This document shows positions 1 to 10,289 of a stretch of DNA of 64,000 nucleotides, piece after piece (position 1 is the stretch's first letter; each line of letters starts with the position of its first letter). Source of the stretch: Candidatus Berkelbacteria bacterium (GTDB taxonomy: Bacteria > Patescibacteriota > UBA1384 > JACPKC01); contig JACPKC010000010.1 of the NCBI GenBank assembly GCA_016187225.1, positions 234,283 through 298,282 of the forward strand, given 5' to 3'. The notes beneath the pieces are model-generated. The model worked only from the letters and a program-made list of their open reading frames with translations, searched no databases and was not told the origin of the DNA. The position numbers were made by a program, and so were the translations under genes.

Positions 1-339
1 AGCCGGCAAGTGTTTTGTTGAGATTATTTTAGCGAGTTGACTAACCTGTTCAGGGGAACGGAGGACACCATCAAGAATGACTCCTTGGCGAAGGTCCTGC
101 ATCTCCAAATAATGGCCAACAACTGCCGCCCATTGCTCAATCGTCATGATTCGACCATGATTTAAGTTATCCGCTACTGATTTACCAAGCGGAGTTGGCT
201 CTTGAGCAACTATGCGAAAAATATCACCCGCAATAATATGTTGCAAGTTGAGTTTTTTGGAAAGTAAACTTGCTTGAGTGCCTTTTCCCGATCCTTGAAT
301 ACCAATAAATACTAAGAGTTTTGGTTTCACAAGCTTCAT
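1..339 (-). CDS. adk: Adenylate kinase (5' part; runs off window start)
   Basis: Not in ORF track. Manual translation from ATG 339 gives MKLVKPKLLVFIGIQGSGKGTQA...HIIAGDIFR (P-loop GxxGSGKGTQ). ATGA overlap with upstream gene; canonical position after secY. Confidence 0.93.
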   Translation of the reverse strand, partial: MKLVKPKLLVFIGIQGSGKGTQASLLSKKLNLQHIIAGDIFRIVAQEPTPLGKSVADNLNHGRIMTIEQWAAVVGHYLEMQDLRQGVILDGVLRSPEQVSQLAKIISTKHLPA

Positions 340-1367
340 TTTTCTCCTCTCGCCCAGCCGATAATGTAGGTGGCTCTCCCGAGAGTCTGGATTTGTCTCC
401 CGGACCCATCCAAAATATTTACCTCGCCTAAGGTTGCGGGATTATTGGTTACTTCGTTGCTGATAACGGCCGTAAATTGATCAATCTCTGTGGTGCGCAG
501 AGAGCGTTCCTTGCCCGGCAGATTAGCGAAATCACCATAAGCGCCAGTATTGAGATCAACCAAAACTATTTTAGCTTGATTTTGGCCATCACGATTAACT
601 GGTTCAAGAACTGCTAGTAAGGAAGTGGCGTTAAGCCAGACAAGATCCGTCGCAACTGAATCTTTGGCGAATGAAGTAGTCGTTTGAATTTTGTCCTCAA
701 AATAAGTTTTGATCGCTTGCCCATTTTCGTCGGTAGCTTGGCCGCTAATATAGGCCAGACGCGTACTCGTTTGATCCCAGACTGGCAGGGTCAGGCCGGT
801 ACTATTTTGATCGATCAAGGTAGCTTGGCCGCCGAGCGTACCAGCGAATAAATTGAAACCAAAGTCGCGTTCATCGTTGTTAAAACTAATGGAAGCGATT
901 TTTTGTCCATCCGGGCTTATTGCGGGCGGCGAAGTTGAAGAAATTTCTTGACTTTGAAGTGTGAATACGCCTTGTTCATCGGTGCTAATAGTTGCCAGAC
1001 GCGTTTGTGTTCCATCCGAAATTGTTGCATAGATCAAATCGCCAGCCAAACCTAAAAGAGTTTGAACTTTTAGAGTTTCGTCGGCGTCGGTAAAAAGCAG
1101 ACGTGCTGGCTCGTTCACCTTTCTTGCCTCAACTTTGGTCGTGTTATTTTCGGTGATGCCCACAAAGAGAGTTGGTGGCAGGTTTCTTTGACTTGCCTCA
1201 TCCTGGTTTTGATCTGAAGGCTGAATAAGCTCTTCTGGCGATAAATTATTTGGCGCGCCACCTTGAGAGGAATTGCTAATGTTTTGATTAACAAGCAAGA
1301 GGGTGGCAATTATAAGGCCAAAAAGAATCAAGTTCGTTATGAGGCCTTGCGATTTTCTAGAACTCAT
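336..1367 (-). CDS. Membrane-anchored hypothetical protein, TolB/PD40-like beta-propeller
   Basis: Likely start ATG 1367 (MSSRKSQ) overlapping secY stop. N-terminal TM helix; motifs PAISPDGQKIA and PVWDQTSTRLAY resemble PD40 repeats. Confidence 0.65.
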   Translation of the reverse strand: MSSRKSQGLITNLILFGLIIATLLLVNQNISNSSQGGAPNNLSPEELIQPSDQNQDEASQRNLPPTLFVGITENNTTKVEARKVNEPARLLFTDADETLKVQTLLGLAGDLIYATISDGTQTRLATISTDEQGVFTLQSQEISSTSPPAISPDGQKIASISFNNDERDFGFNLFAGTLGGQATLIDQNSTGLTLPVWDQTSTRLAYISGQATDENGQAIKTYFEDKIQTTTSFAKDSVATDLVWLNATSLLAVLEPVNRDGQNQAKIVLVDLNTGAYGDFANLPGKERSLRTTEIDQFTAVISNEVTNNPATLGEVNILDGSGRQIQTLGRATYIIGWARGEK

Positions 1368-2619
1368 AGCGATGGGTAATAAGTTGAGCGCGAATTTGCC
1401 GCATAGTCTCGAGGCAAACTGAAACCACAATCAAGATTCCAGTTCCTCCGAGAACAAGCGTTTGAATTTCAGTTAGGCTTTGAACAATAAAGGGAAGAAC
1501 GGCAATCGCCGCGAGGAAAATTGCGCCAAAAAGAGTGACTCGATTGAGTACCTTACCAAGGTAGTCAGCAGTTTCATGGCCAGGGCGCAGACCGGGCACG
1601 AAACCACCCTGTTTTTGAATATTTTCAGCCACTTGCTCTGGTTGGAAAATAATTGAGGTGTAGAAGAATGTAAACAAAATCACGCAAATAAAATACGCGA
1701 TTGCGTAAAATGTATTGTCGTTGAAAAGTTCCACTACCCAATCGGCGACACGCCGAACTTGCTCGATATCCGTTCCTTGAAAAAAACGGGCGACGACCGG
1801 CGGGAAAATCATCATTGAAAGCGCGAAGATAATTGGGACAACGCCCGCCATAATTACCTTCAGGGGTAGGAAAGTTGCAACTCCGCTTGTTTTTTGAAGG
1901 CCACGGACGCGGCGCGCATAGGTGATTGGTATCTGTCGTTCAGCCTCGCTGACGGTTACAATTGCTAAGGTGACAATGAGTGAAATTGCCAGGAACGCGG
2001 CTAAGTTGACAACATTTAATTGGTCAATAACTGCGAAAGTTTGAGACAGAGCAGTTGGGATGCCAGCTAAAATTCCCAGTGTAATAATGAGTGACATGCC
2101 GTTGCCAATCCCGTTTTCGGTAATTAATTCACCGAGCCACATTAAAAGAACTGTGCCGGCTGTAATAGTTAGAAGAATCGTAATTAAATCAACTGGCGCG
2201 AAGGTGCCGACAATACCTTGATTGCGAAGTAAAATGAGCGTGCTGTAACCTTGCAGAACAGCCAGAGGAACGGTAAGTAAGCGAGTATATTGGTTGATTT
2301 TTTGGCGACCTGATTCACCTTCTTTTTGAAGCTCCTCAAAGCGAGGAATGATAATAATCAAGAGCTGAAAGATAATCGAAGCGGTAATATAGGGTCCAAC
2401 ACCCATCAGAACAAGCGAGAAGTTTTCCATTGAACCGCCCGTAAAAAGGTTGAGAAGTCCAAAGAGACTATTGCGGGCAAAAAATTCCCTAAGGGCCTCA
2501 AGGTCAACGCCGGGCATCGGCAGGTGCGCTAAAATTCGAAATAGACCGAGAATGCCTAGAGTATACAAAACACGTTTTCGCAAGACGGGATTTTTGAAGA
2601 TCGCGCGGAGCGTTTCCAT
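1357..2619 (-). CDS. secY: Preprotein translocase SecY
   Basis: MGVGPYITASII, WLGELITENGIGNGMSLII, GFVPGLRPG motifs. Confidence 0.98.
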   Translation of the reverse strand: METLRAIFKNPVLRKRVLYTLGILGLFRILAHLPMPGVDLEALREFFARNSLFGLLNLFTGGSMENFSLVLMGVGPYITASIIFQLLIIIIPRFEELQKEGESGRQKINQYTRLLTVPLAVLQGYSTLILLRNQGIVGTFAPVDLITILLTITAGTVLLMWLGELITENGIGNGMSLIITLGILAGIPTALSQTFAVIDQLNVVNLAAFLAISLIVTLAIVTVSEAERQIPITYARRVRGLQKTSGVATFLPLKVIMAGVVPIIFALSMMIFPPVVARFFQGTDIEQVRRVADWVVELFNDNTFYAIAYFICVILFTFFYTSIIFQPEQVAENIQKQGGFVPGLRPGHETADYLGKVLNRVTLFGAIFLAAIAVLPFIVQSLTEIQTLVLGGTGILIVVSVCLETMRQIRAQLITHRYEF

Positions 2620-2628
2620 CTTTCTTTC

Positions 2629-3042
2629 CTATTTGAATTGTTGATGAATTGATTGCGTGAAACGCACTCCGCTAAACTTGAGCGATTTAGTTAGTTGGCC
2701 GCGCTTAATGATCTTTACTGAAATTATTTTTGGTTTAATGAGACCCTTGTTCTTAAGAGTGCGCACAGAAACACGCTCACCTACTTGGTAGACTTGGTCA
2801 AGTTTTTCAAGCGTAATCGCGGCACGATCAAAACGTGGACTAAAACCTTCGCCGCGGCGTTTGGGCAGACGAATGTATAAACGGGATTGCCCACCCTCGA
2901 AGCCTGTGGGAATGTTTGCGCCAGTGCGAGCTTTTTGACCTTTTGTACCCCGACCGCCAGTTTTACCTTGCCCGGCGGCTATGCCACGGCCGCGACGCTT
3001 GGCTCGATTGGAAACTTGTTTCAAATTATGCAAGAAAGCCAT
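2629..3042 (-). CDS. rplO: 50S ribosomal protein L15
   Basis: RGRGIAAGQGKTGGRGTKGQKAR, GFEGGQ. Confidence 0.97.
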   Translation of the reverse strand: MAFLHNLKQVSNRAKRRGRGIAAGQGKTGGRGTKGQKARTGANIPTGFEGGQSRLYIRLPKRRGEGFSPRFDRAAITLEKLDQVYQVGERVSVRTLKNKGLIKPKIISVKIIKRGQLTKSLKFSGVRFTQSIHQQFK

Positions 3043-3044
3043 GG

Positions 3045-3518
3045 TTATTCCTTTGAGTTCAGCGCGCGTTCATTGATTTCTTTGAGCGCGGCGAGAGTTG
3101 CGGAAACATTATTGATGTTATTCGATGAGCCGATAATTTTTGAGAGAATATTTCGAATGCCGGCTAATTCGATCACAGCTCGCACTGCTCCGCCGGCAAT
3201 CACTGAAGTGCCGCCGCCAGCTGGTTTGAGAAAAATTTTGGCGCTTCCATATTTATACATTGTTTCGTGAGGAATTGTATCATTGACAATCGGAACTTCA
3301 ATTAGATGTTTCTTAGCGTCAGCCGAGGCTTTTTTAATTGCCGCTTGCACCTCGCCTGCTTTGCCAATACCCATGCCAACACTCCCTTTGTGATTGCCAA
3401 GCACGACCAGTGCTCGGAAACGCATGCGTTTGCCACCTTTAACAGTTCGGGAGACGCGATTCACCTCCACGACGCGTTCTTCAAATTCCTTTTCAGATTG
3501 TTCTTTGGGACGAGACAT
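3045..3518 (-). CDS. rpsE: 30S ribosomal protein S5
   Basis: [21 protein letters not shown]. Confidence 0.98.
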   Translation of the reverse strand: MSRPKEQSEKEFEERVVEVNRVSRTVKGGKRMRFRALVVLGNHKGSVGMGIGKAGEVQAAIKKASADAKKHLIEVPIVNDTIPHETMYKYGSAKIFLKPAGGGTSVIAGGAVRAVIELAGIRNILSKIIGSSNNINNVSATLAALKEINERALNSKE

Positions 3519-3527
3519 GATGCTCCT

Positions 3528-3863
3528 CTAAATAGTTAAACCTGATTCACGCACTGTCTTGGCAAAGGCCGCAATCCGTCCATGATAACGGTAACCGCGT
3601 CGATCCAAGACTGCCTGTTTTAAGCCGGCTTGTTTAGCTTTTCCTGCGATTGCTTTTCCGACTGCGTGCGCCTGCTGGATGCCGGTAAGTTTGCTTTTGA
3701 GTTCATGGTCACCTCCGGCCAGCACAGTTTTACCAGACTGATCGTCAATAAATTGAACACGGAAATGCTTGGCGGTTCGTTCAATACAAATACGTGGCCG
3801 TTCAGCTGTGCCGCTCAAGCGCGCCCGAATGCGTCTGATTCTTTGAATGCGTTTTGGATCCAT
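3528..3863 (-). CDS. rplR: 50S ribosomal protein L18
   Basis: GTAERPR, DRRGYRYHGRI. Confidence 0.97.
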   Translation of the reverse strand: MDPKRIQRIRRIRARLSGTAERPRICIERTAKHFRVQFIDDQSGKTVLAGGDHELKSKLTGIQQAHAVGKAIAGKAKQAGLKQAVLDRRGYRYHGRIAAFAKTVRESGLTI

Positions 3864-3872
3864 AAGATGTCC

Positions 3873-4421
3873 TTAAGCCGCTCCGGTAGCCTTGGCCGCT
3901 TTTCCGGCCTTGCGGCGAACAATTTCATCACTATAACGAATTCCTTTACCTTTATAAGGCTCGGGTGGTCGAACGCGTCGAATTTCAGCGGCAGTTTGGC
4001 CAACTAATTGTTTGTTTATGCCGCCGACATTAATTGTATTTTTTTGGACAGTAAATTCAATTCCCTCTGGGCAGTGAATAAAAACTGGATGAGAAAAGCC
4101 GATCGCAAGCGTTAAATTTTTATCCTGTAAGGCGGCGCGGTAACCCACTCCGTGGAGTTCGAGTTTCTTAATAAATCCCTTGGTCACGCCCTCAATCGCG
4201 CCTGTAATTAAACGTGCGGTTAAGCCCTGCAAGGATTTTTCGAGCTTGGAAGCGCTTTTAATTTCAAGCCTAAGTATGGAGTCGGCTTGATTAAATCCAA
4301 GGCGTTTATTTAGAGGAACCTTGAGTTCACCCTTTGGGCCGCTAATGATGATCTCATCACTAACGAGCGTGACAGTCACGTCTTGAGGAATCTTAATTGG
4401 GCGGCGGCCGATTCGACTCAT
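3873..4421 (-). CDS. rplF: 50S ribosomal protein L6
   Basis: MSRIGRRPI, RPPEPYKGKGIRY. Confidence 0.98.
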   Translation of the reverse strand: MSRIGRRPIKIPQDVTVTLVSDEIIISGPKGELKVPLNKRLGFNQADSILRLEIKSASKLEKSLQGLTARLITGAIEGVTKGFIKKLELHGVGYRAALQDKNLTLAIGFSHPVFIHCPEGIEFTVQKNTINVGGINKQLVGQTAAEIRRVRPPEPYKGKGIRYSDEIVRRKAGKAAKATGAA

Positions 4422-4810
4422 GATAACACCTCACAGAGCACCTCGCCGCCTAAATGTTGACGACGCGCTTGATCGCCAGTCATTAAGCCGCTGGGTGTTG
4501 AAATGATTACTAATCCAAATCCACCCTTTGGCCGGGGAATTTGATTAGATTTAACGTAAATGCGCAGACCTGGTTTAGAGATACGCCGGATCACTCGGAT
4601 TGCCGATAGGTCGCCTCTGTACTTTAGTTTTAGAGTAAGAGTTTTTTTGTTTTCTATCTCACTCGTTTGGGCTGAACTCAAAAAACCATGCTTAATCAAA
4701 AGTTGGGCAATCGTTTCTTTTAAGCGTGAATGAGGCAAATTTATCTCGATCTGATGACCGAGTGCCGCATTCCGAATTCGAGTTAGCATATCTGCGATTG
4801 GATCCATCAC
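4418..4810 (-). CDS. rpsH: 30S ribosomal protein S8
   Basis: DPIADMLTRIRNA, SKPGLRIY. Confidence 0.98.
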   Translation of the reverse strand: MMDPIADMLTRIRNAALGHQIEINLPHSRLKETIAQLLIKHGFLSSAQTSEIENKKTLTLKLKYRGDLSAIRVIRRISKPGLRIYVKSNQIPRPKGGFGLVIISTPSGLMTGDQARRQHLGGEVLCEVLS

Positions 4811-4815
4811 AACTC

Positions 4816-5001
4816 CTACCAGGATGATTTTACAATTCCAGGAATTTCGCCACGCACCGCTTTTTCACGAAAACAAATCCGGCATAAACCGAAAGCACGT
4901 AAGTAACTACGATTGCGACCACAGATGCCACACCGGTTAACTCCGCGTGTTGAGAATTTTGGCGAACGAGAAGCACGGGCGATAAGTGATTTTTTGGCCA
5001 T
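4816..5001 (-). CDS. rpsZ: 30S ribosomal protein S14, zinc-binding type Z
   Basis: Start ATG 5001 (MAKKS); CxxC...CRxC (RCGICGR...LCRICFRE); 61 aa. Confidence 0.96.
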   Translation of the reverse strand: MAKKSLIARASRSPKFSTRGVNRCGICGRNRSYLRAFGLCRICFREKAVRGEIPGIVKSSW

Positions 5002-5002
5002 A

Positions 5003-5554
5003 CTATTTATCTCCTTGAGGCTGGGCGAGGGGTAAACCGAGAGCGCGTAAGAGAGTTTCACCTTCGGCGTTGGTGTGAGCCGACGTTGTTAAGGCAACTG
5101 ATAGGCCATAAAACTGACTGACCGATTCATGGTCAATTTCAGGAAAGACTGTGTGCTCTCGAATCCCAAAGGTGTAGTTGCCCTTGCGATCAAAATTTGA
5201 AAGCGATAAGCCTCGAAAGTCGCGAATCCGCGGCAAAGTGATCCGCACTAGTCGCTCGATGAAATCGTGCATTCGTTGGCCACGAAGTGTGACCGAGAGA
5301 CCAATTGGCTCTCCTTGGCGTAACTTAAAGCCGGCAATCGCTTTTCGAGCGCGTCGCAGAATCGGTTTTTGCCCTGCAATACGTTCGAGGTCTTTGGCGA
5401 TGGTTTCAGTGAGATTTGAAACTTTTCGAAGCGATCCAAGGCCGACATTGAGCGTTACTTTAAATAGCCTGGGCACGGCTAGGTGGTTCTTAATTCCTAA
5501 CTCTTGGGCGAGTTTAGGGCGAATTTCAGTTTTCATTCGATGCAATAAGGTCAT
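5003..5554 (-). CDS. rplE: 50S ribosomal protein L5
   Basis: Start probably ATG 5554; [21 protein letters not shown]. Confidence 0.97.
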   Translation of the reverse strand: MTLLHRMKTEIRPKLAQELGIKNHLAVPRLFKVTLNVGLGSLRKVSNLTETIAKDLERIAGQKPILRRARKAIAGFKLRQGEPIGLSVTLRGQRMHDFIERLVRITLPRIRDFRGLSLSNFDRKGNYTFGIREHTVFPEIDHESVSQFYGLSVALTTSAHTNAEGETLLRALGLPLAQPQGDK

Positions 5555-5562
5555 GGGGCCTG

Positions 5563-5892
5563 CTACTTTGCTTCTTTGGGAATTGAAACGGCGTTTTGGC
5601 ATTTCTTGCAGATTCGAAGACTTCCCTTGGCAGTGCTCTTATGATTAATGCGTGTTGGTTTTCCGCAATTGAGACACATAAGCATAACATTGCTGACATG
5701 AATCGGGGCGGCAAAACTAATAATATCGCCATGTGGCTGACGCGGTGTTGGCTTAGTGTGACGTTTGACAAGGTTCAAGCCTTCAACCACTACTCTTTGT
5801 GCTTTCGGTAAGGCGCGGATCACTTTGCCGGTTTTACCCCTGTCTTTTCCAGATAATAGTTTGACTGCATCGTCTTTTCGAATTTGCATCAC
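5563..5892 (-). CDS. rplX: 50S ribosomal protein L24
   Basis: [24 protein letters not shown]. Confidence 0.97.
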   Translation of the reverse strand: MMQIRKDDAVKLLSGKDRGKTGKVIRALPKAQRVVVEGLNLVKRHTKPTPRQPHGDIISFAAPIHVSNVMLMCLNCGKPTRINHKSTAKGSLRICKKCQNAVSIPKEAK

Positions 5893-6257
5893 ACTACCTC
5901 CGGCGCGAGTGAGATAATTTTTTGATAGCCCCGACCTCTAATTTCTCTGGCGACCGGTCCTAAGACTCGTGTCCCACGTGGCTGATCGGCGTCATCGATA
6001 ATTACCACCGCATTGTCGTCAAAACGAATCGTGCTACCGTCGGGTCGCTGAAAAGGAAAGCGCTGGCGGACAATAACGGCTTTGACGATTTGTTTTTTTA
6101 AAACTGTGCCGCGGGGTAAAGCATCTTTGACCGTCGCGACGATTACATCGCCGATTTGAGCGGCATCTTGCTTGGCGCCTTTAATAACACGAATGCACAT
6201 TACTTCTTTCGCGCCAGAGTTATCGGCTACTCTAACTCGACTGTAGGATTGAATCAT
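5889..6257 (-). CDS. rplN: 50S ribosomal protein L14
   Basis: [17 protein letters not shown]. Confidence 0.98.
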   Translation of the reverse strand: MIQSYSRVRVADNSGAKEVMCIRVIKGAKQDAAQIGDVIVATVKDALPRGTVLKKQIVKAVIVRQRFPFQRPDGSTIRFDDNAVVIIDDADQPRGTRVLGPVAREIRGRGYQKIISLAPEVV

Positions 6258-6511
6258 AGTTCAGTTTCCTTGGCCGCTTCAGCTACCTTGAGCACGACCC
6301 AAGCCTTACGTTTGCTGATCGGACGGTTTTCTTCAATTTCTACGAAGTCGCCAATGTTAAGGGTAAGCTCGGCAGGTATATGCGCCAGAATATTTCGGCT
6401 TACTTGATATGCCTTATCGTAAAGTGGGTGGCGGTGCATACGGTCAACACGAATTCGCGCCGTTGGGGCGTTCACCTTAACCACTTTGCCAATTTTACGC
6501 TTTCGTGCCAT
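6254..6511 (-). CDS. rpsQ: 30S ribosomal protein S17
   Basis: [15 protein letters not shown]. Confidence 0.96.
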   Translation of the reverse strand: MARKRKIGKVVKVNAPTARIRVDRMHRHPLYDKAYQVSRNILAHIPAELTLNIGDFVEIEENRPISKRKAWVVLKVAEAAKETEL

Positions 6512-6520
6512 AGATAATCC

Positions 6521-6736
6521 TTATGCCTTGTGGGCAGTCACTTTTTCACCAAGCAGAGTCCAAAGTTGAGAGAGTTCTCTTCGAGCTATGCGGAACTCTT
6601 TAAGCGCGCCAACTTTACCAAAACCCAGGTCAAAACGCAAGGTGCAAAGGCGGTCATACCGCTTGGCAATTTCTGCCTTAAGCCAGAGTTCATCCTGGCC
6701 ACGGCTAGACGTTAGGAATGAATTAACTTTAGACAT
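6521..6736 (-). CDS. rpmC: 50S ribosomal protein L29 (divergent)
   Basis: Position between rplP and rpsQ; LRF...RRELSQLWTLL pattern. Confidence 0.85.
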   Translation of the reverse strand: MSKVNSFLTSSRGQDELWLKAEIAKRYDRLCTLRFDLGFGKVGALKEFRIARRELSQLWTLLGEKVTAHKA

Positions 6737-6737
6737 C

Positions 6738-7151
6738 TTAAATCTCTTCTTTAATGATTATTTTTGTGCGGACTGAAAGTTTTTGAGCGGCCAGCCGCAG
6801 GGCTTCGCTGGCAATTTCTTGAGATACGCCGTCGAGCTCAAAGATAATGCGGCCGGGCCGAATGACAGCCACAAAGTGGTCGAGAGCGCCTTTGCCGCTT
6901 CCCATCGGTGTTTCAGGCGAGGCTTTAGTGACTGGTTTATCTGGGAAAATACGAATCCAGACTTTACCGCCGCGTTGGATGTAGCGCGTAATTGCTCGCC
7001 GCCCAGCCTCAATTTGGCGTGAGCTCACCCAGCCTCGACTTTGCGCTTTCACGCCAAACTTGCCAAAACTCAATTGGTTACCCCGCTGGGCGTTGCCACC
7101 GCGCTTGCCGCGATGTTGTTTTCGATGTTTAAGTTTTTTAGGTAAAAGCAT
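6738..7151 (-). CDS. rplP: 50S ribosomal protein L16
   Basis: [24 protein letters not shown]. Confidence 0.98.
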   Translation of the reverse strand: MLLPKKLKHRKQHRGKRGGNAQRGNQLSFGKFGVKAQSRGWVSSRQIEAGRRAITRYIQRGGKVWIRIFPDKPVTKASPETPMGSGKGALDHFVAVIRPGRIIFELDGVSQEIASEALRLAAQKLSVRTKIIIKEEI

Positions 7152-7162
7152 AGGGGTTCACC

Positions 7163-7894
7163 TTAAACTTGGCGACGGCCTTGGGGCTTCAAAACATCGG
7201 CCAGTCGATCGCCACGGTAAATCCAGACTTTCACGCCGATTGTTCCGTAGGATGAAGTTTTAGCGTCAAAGTGGGCATAATCGATGTCATTTCGGAAAGT
7301 TGAGAGAGGCACGGTGCCTTCAGAGAATTTTTCACGACGGGCAATATCCGCGCCATTCAGACGGCCAGCGACCGCGATTCGAATGCCCTGCGCATTGCGT
7401 TGGATTGTTCTTTCAATTGCCTGGCGCACTACTCGCCGATAGGGCATCCTGTTTTCAATTTGATGGGCAATTGTTTGAGCAACGAGCGCGGCATAAAGCT
7501 CTGGCGCCTTAATCTCGATAATTTCTAGTTTCAAACCGGTTGGAAGATCTTTCTTGCGCTCGGAGGCGACGCGCACATAATTAGACAGATTGCGATCCCG
7601 AAAAGATTGAAGTTTGCGTTCCAGAGTAGTGCGTAAACCTTGGACACCAGCTCCGCCGCGACCAATCACAATACCCGGTTTTGCGGTATGGATGATCACC
7701 TTAACTTCTTGAGCATTTCTTTCAATTTCAACGCGTTCGATCGCCGCATCTTTTCGATAAGTAGTTGTGATGAGTCTGCGAATGAAGGCATCCTCGATAA
7801 TATTGTAGGGTGCGAGATGAGTTGCAAACCACTTTGAACGCCACTCGCGAGTGAGCGGTAAACGATTAGCAAGAGGATGAGTTTTGTGTGACAT
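7163..7894 (-). CDS. rpsC: 30S ribosomal protein S3
   Basis: [12 protein letters not shown] motif, [19 protein letters not shown]. Confidence 0.98.
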   Translation of the reverse strand: MSHKTHPLANRLPLTREWRSKWFATHLAPYNIIEDAFIRRLITTTYRKDAAIERVEIERNAQEVKVIIHTAKPGIVIGRGGAGVQGLRTTLERKLQSFRDRNLSNYVRVASERKKDLPTGLKLEIIEIKAPELYAALVAQTIAHQIENRMPYRRVVRQAIERTIQRNAQGIRIAVAGRLNGADIARREKFSEGTVPLSTFRNDIDYAHFDAKTSSYGTIGVKVWIYRGDRLADVLKPQGRRQV

Positions 7895-7896
7895 GT

Positions 7897-8247
7897 TTAT
7901 TCCTGATCTTTTTGAGTGCGTTCAACGACTAGAGTTAGATGAGAGCCGCGTTTGGCAAATCGACCCGCTCGGCCGCGACTTTTGATACGTGTTCGATAGA
8001 GTCGTCTGGCTTCATTACAGAAAATTTCTTGCACTCGAAGTTCTTCCGGTCGGATGGCTGGATCTCGGTCGCGCGCCGCGGAAATTGAGGCTAAGAGGAG
8101 CTTATAGATTGGTTCGGTGGTTGTACGGGGGGAATTTTTCATTTGTGCCAAAGCCATTGGGATTGAAGTATGGCGAAGCTGACCAAGAACGGCGCGAATT
8201 TTTCGGGGCGCTATCAATAATTTATTGTAGTGAACGGTAACTTGCAT
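7897..8247 (-). CDS. rplV: 50S ribosomal protein L22
   Basis: IAPRKIR, SRGRA...[10 protein letters not shown]. Confidence 0.95.
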   Translation of the reverse strand: MQVTVHYNKLLIAPRKIRAVLGQLRHTSIPMALAQMKNSPRTTTEPIYKLLLASISAARDRDPAIRPEELRVQEIFCNEARRLYRTRIKSRGRAGRFAKRGSHLTLVVERTQKDQE

Positions 8248-8249
8248 AA

Positions 8250-8546
8250 TTATTTACCTGTTTCTTGAGTCTTAGCTTGCGCTTCGGCTGTTTTACCGCC
8301 ATGACGCTTGAATTTACGCGTTGGCGAAAATTCTCCGAGCTTATGACCAACCATATCTTCCACAACTGAAACCGAAATAAAATCCTTACCATTATGAACC
8401 TGAAAAGTTAATCCGACCATTTCGGGTGTAATCGTGCTCGCCCGTGCCCAAGTTCTGATCGCCGAGTTTTTGCTTCGAGGGGCAGTTTCGACTTTTTTCA
8501 TAAGTTTTGGGTCAAGAAAAGGACCTTTTTTCAGTGAACGGCTCAT
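8250..8546 (-). CDS. rpsS: 30S ribosomal protein S19
   Basis: [23 protein letters not shown]. Confidence 0.98.
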   Translation of the reverse strand: MSRSLKKGPFLDPKLMKKVETAPRSKNSAIRTWARASTITPEMVGLTFQVHNGKDFISVSVVEDMVGHKLGEFSPTRKFKRHGGKTAEAQAKTQETGK

Positions 8547-8549
8547 AAT

Positions 8550-9392
8550 TTATCTCCGTGTTTCGTGACGACTGCGCGCAATGAAGGTATTGGTTCTCTT
8601 ATTCCGGCGAGTGCGCTTACCCAGAGCATGTTTGCCCCAGGGTGTTTTTGGATATTTAAGGCCGATCGAGTTACTTCCTTCACCGCCGCCGTGCGGGTGA
8701 TCATTCGTGTTCATCGCTTTACCGCGAACTTGTGGTCGCCAGCCCATGTGGCGCACTCGGCCAGCCTTGCCCAGCATGACACTTGAATGTTCAGGGTTGC
8801 TTACACTGCCCAACGAGGCATACGCGGCTGCTAAAACTCGTCGAATTTCCCCAGAAGGCAATTTAATTTGAACATAACGGCCATTATCTTCATGCGACTG
8901 AATGGTCGCGCTTGCCCCGGCTGATCGAACCATTGCGCCTTTGCGGTTCGGGTCGAGGGCAATGTCGTAGATTTGAAAACCTCGAGGAATCTTACCAAGT
9001 GGCAGACGATTGCCGTTTTCAAGCAGCGCCTTCTCACCAGCCTCAATGATTTGGTCGATCTTCATCTCATGCGCCGCCAATATATAAGCACGCGTTCCTT
9101 CATTGTATTCGATGAGCGCGATGTTGGCGCTTCGGTTTGGGTCGTATTCAAGAGCAAGAATTTTGGCTTGTGTCACCGGCCCCTTCTCTAAGGCGCTAAT
9201 GATTCGATAATGTCGTTTATTTCCGCCACCTCTATGCCGAATGCTGATTCTTCCAAAGCGATCCCTGCCGGCATGTTTTTTGAGAATCTCGGTGAGAGAT
9301 TTTTCGGGTCGTTTTTTAGATAAATGTGTTTGCCGATTAATTGACATGCCGCGTTGGCCTGGTGTCGTAGGACGGCGAAAAATAACAGGCAT
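8550..9392 (-). CDS. rplB: 50S ribosomal protein L2
   Basis: EYDPNRSANIAL, DHPHGGGEG. Confidence 0.98.
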   Translation of the reverse strand: MPVIFRRPTTPGQRGMSINRQTHLSKKRPEKSLTEILKKHAGRDRFGRISIRHRGGGNKRHYRIISALEKGPVTQAKILALEYDPNRSANIALIEYNEGTRAYILAAHEMKIDQIIEAGEKALLENGNRLPLGKIPRGFQIYDIALDPNRKGAMVRSAGASATIQSHEDNGRYVQIKLPSGEIRRVLAAAYASLGSVSNPEHSSVMLGKAGRVRHMGWRPQVRGKAMNTNDHPHGGGEGSNSIGLKYPKTPWGKHALGKRTRRNKRTNTFIARSRHETRR

Positions 9393-9393
9393 G

Positions 9394-9693
9394 TTACTTC
9401 TCCTCGCTTTTTTGAGCTGGCGTTTCTACTGGCAGTTCAAAACCGGGGATTTTTTCACCTTTTTTGAGGCGGATAATTGCCTTAATCTTGGGTGAGGTTA
9501 CCCCATTGCGTTTGGGTTTGGCCGCGGTTTTGGCGATATTTACATCAATCACATGCACTTTATAGGCCTGCTCGACGGCGCGTTCGATCGTTAATTTATT
9601 GCTATATCTCGGGATGCGAAATGTAAATTGACTCTCACTAACCAGGCGAAGTGATTTTTCAGTAATTACCGGTTTGAGTTGAATATGCTTCAT
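9394..9693 (-). CDS. rplW: 50S ribosomal protein L23
   Basis: PVITEKS, KAIIRLKKG. Confidence 0.96.
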   Translation of the reverse strand: MKHIQLKPVITEKSLRLVSESQFTFRIPRYSNKLTIERAVEQAYKVHVIDVNIAKTAAKPKRNGVTSPKIKAIIRLKKGEKIPGFELPVETPAQKSEEK

Positions 9694-10289
9694 ACCTTCG
9701 ATTTCCCAGGTGCACGGCGAGTCGGTTTTGTGGACTCTATTAAGTTTGCGCGTTTTTTAAGATGAGTTAAAGCTTCATCAGTGCCCAAGATGGCGTCGGC
9801 TCGGAGTAGGTCTTCGGCAGTTACGTTCTTAGCGAGGCGGATTTCGACGCTGGGTAAATTTTTGACAGCGCGGCTTAAAGTTAAGTCGCTTTTGACGAGG
9901 ATGATTGTGATTTGCTGTTTGTCAATCGAACTTAATGCTTGAGCCAAGGTTTTTGTTTTTCCGTCGGTCGGCCAGTTTTTCATTTCAATAAGACCGTTCG
10001 CTTGAGCTTGAATCGCAAGCGCGATTTTAAGCGCGTGTTTTTTAAATGAATCAGTTAGCGCCAGGCGATAATCACGTTTTTTTCTTGGACCGAAAACTAC
10101 TCCCCCGGTTCGCCAAATAGGATTGCGGATTGAGCCAACTCGAGCCCGTCCAGTCCCCTTTTGACGCCAAGGTTTGCGTCCGCCTCCGCTGACTTCGCCC
10201 CGCGTTTTTGTGTTCGCCAAAACTTGGCGACGATTCGCCGCATAACCGCGCAGTGCTAGAGCGAGGGCAATTTGCTTATTACTCATCAC
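9690..10289 (-). CDS. rplD: 50S ribosomal protein L4 (short N-terminus)
   Basis: TKTRGEVSGGGRKPWRQKGTGRARVGSIR. Confidence 0.97.
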   Translation of the reverse strand: MMSNKQIALALALRGYAANRRQVLANTKTRGEVSGGGRKPWRQKGTGRARVGSIRNPIWRTGGVVFGPRKKRDYRLALTDSFKKHALKIALAIQAQANGLIEMKNWPTDGKTKTLAQALSSIDKQQITIILVKSDLTLSRAVKNLPSVEIRLAKNVTAEDLLRADAILGTDEALTHLKKRANLIESTKPTRRAPGKSKV

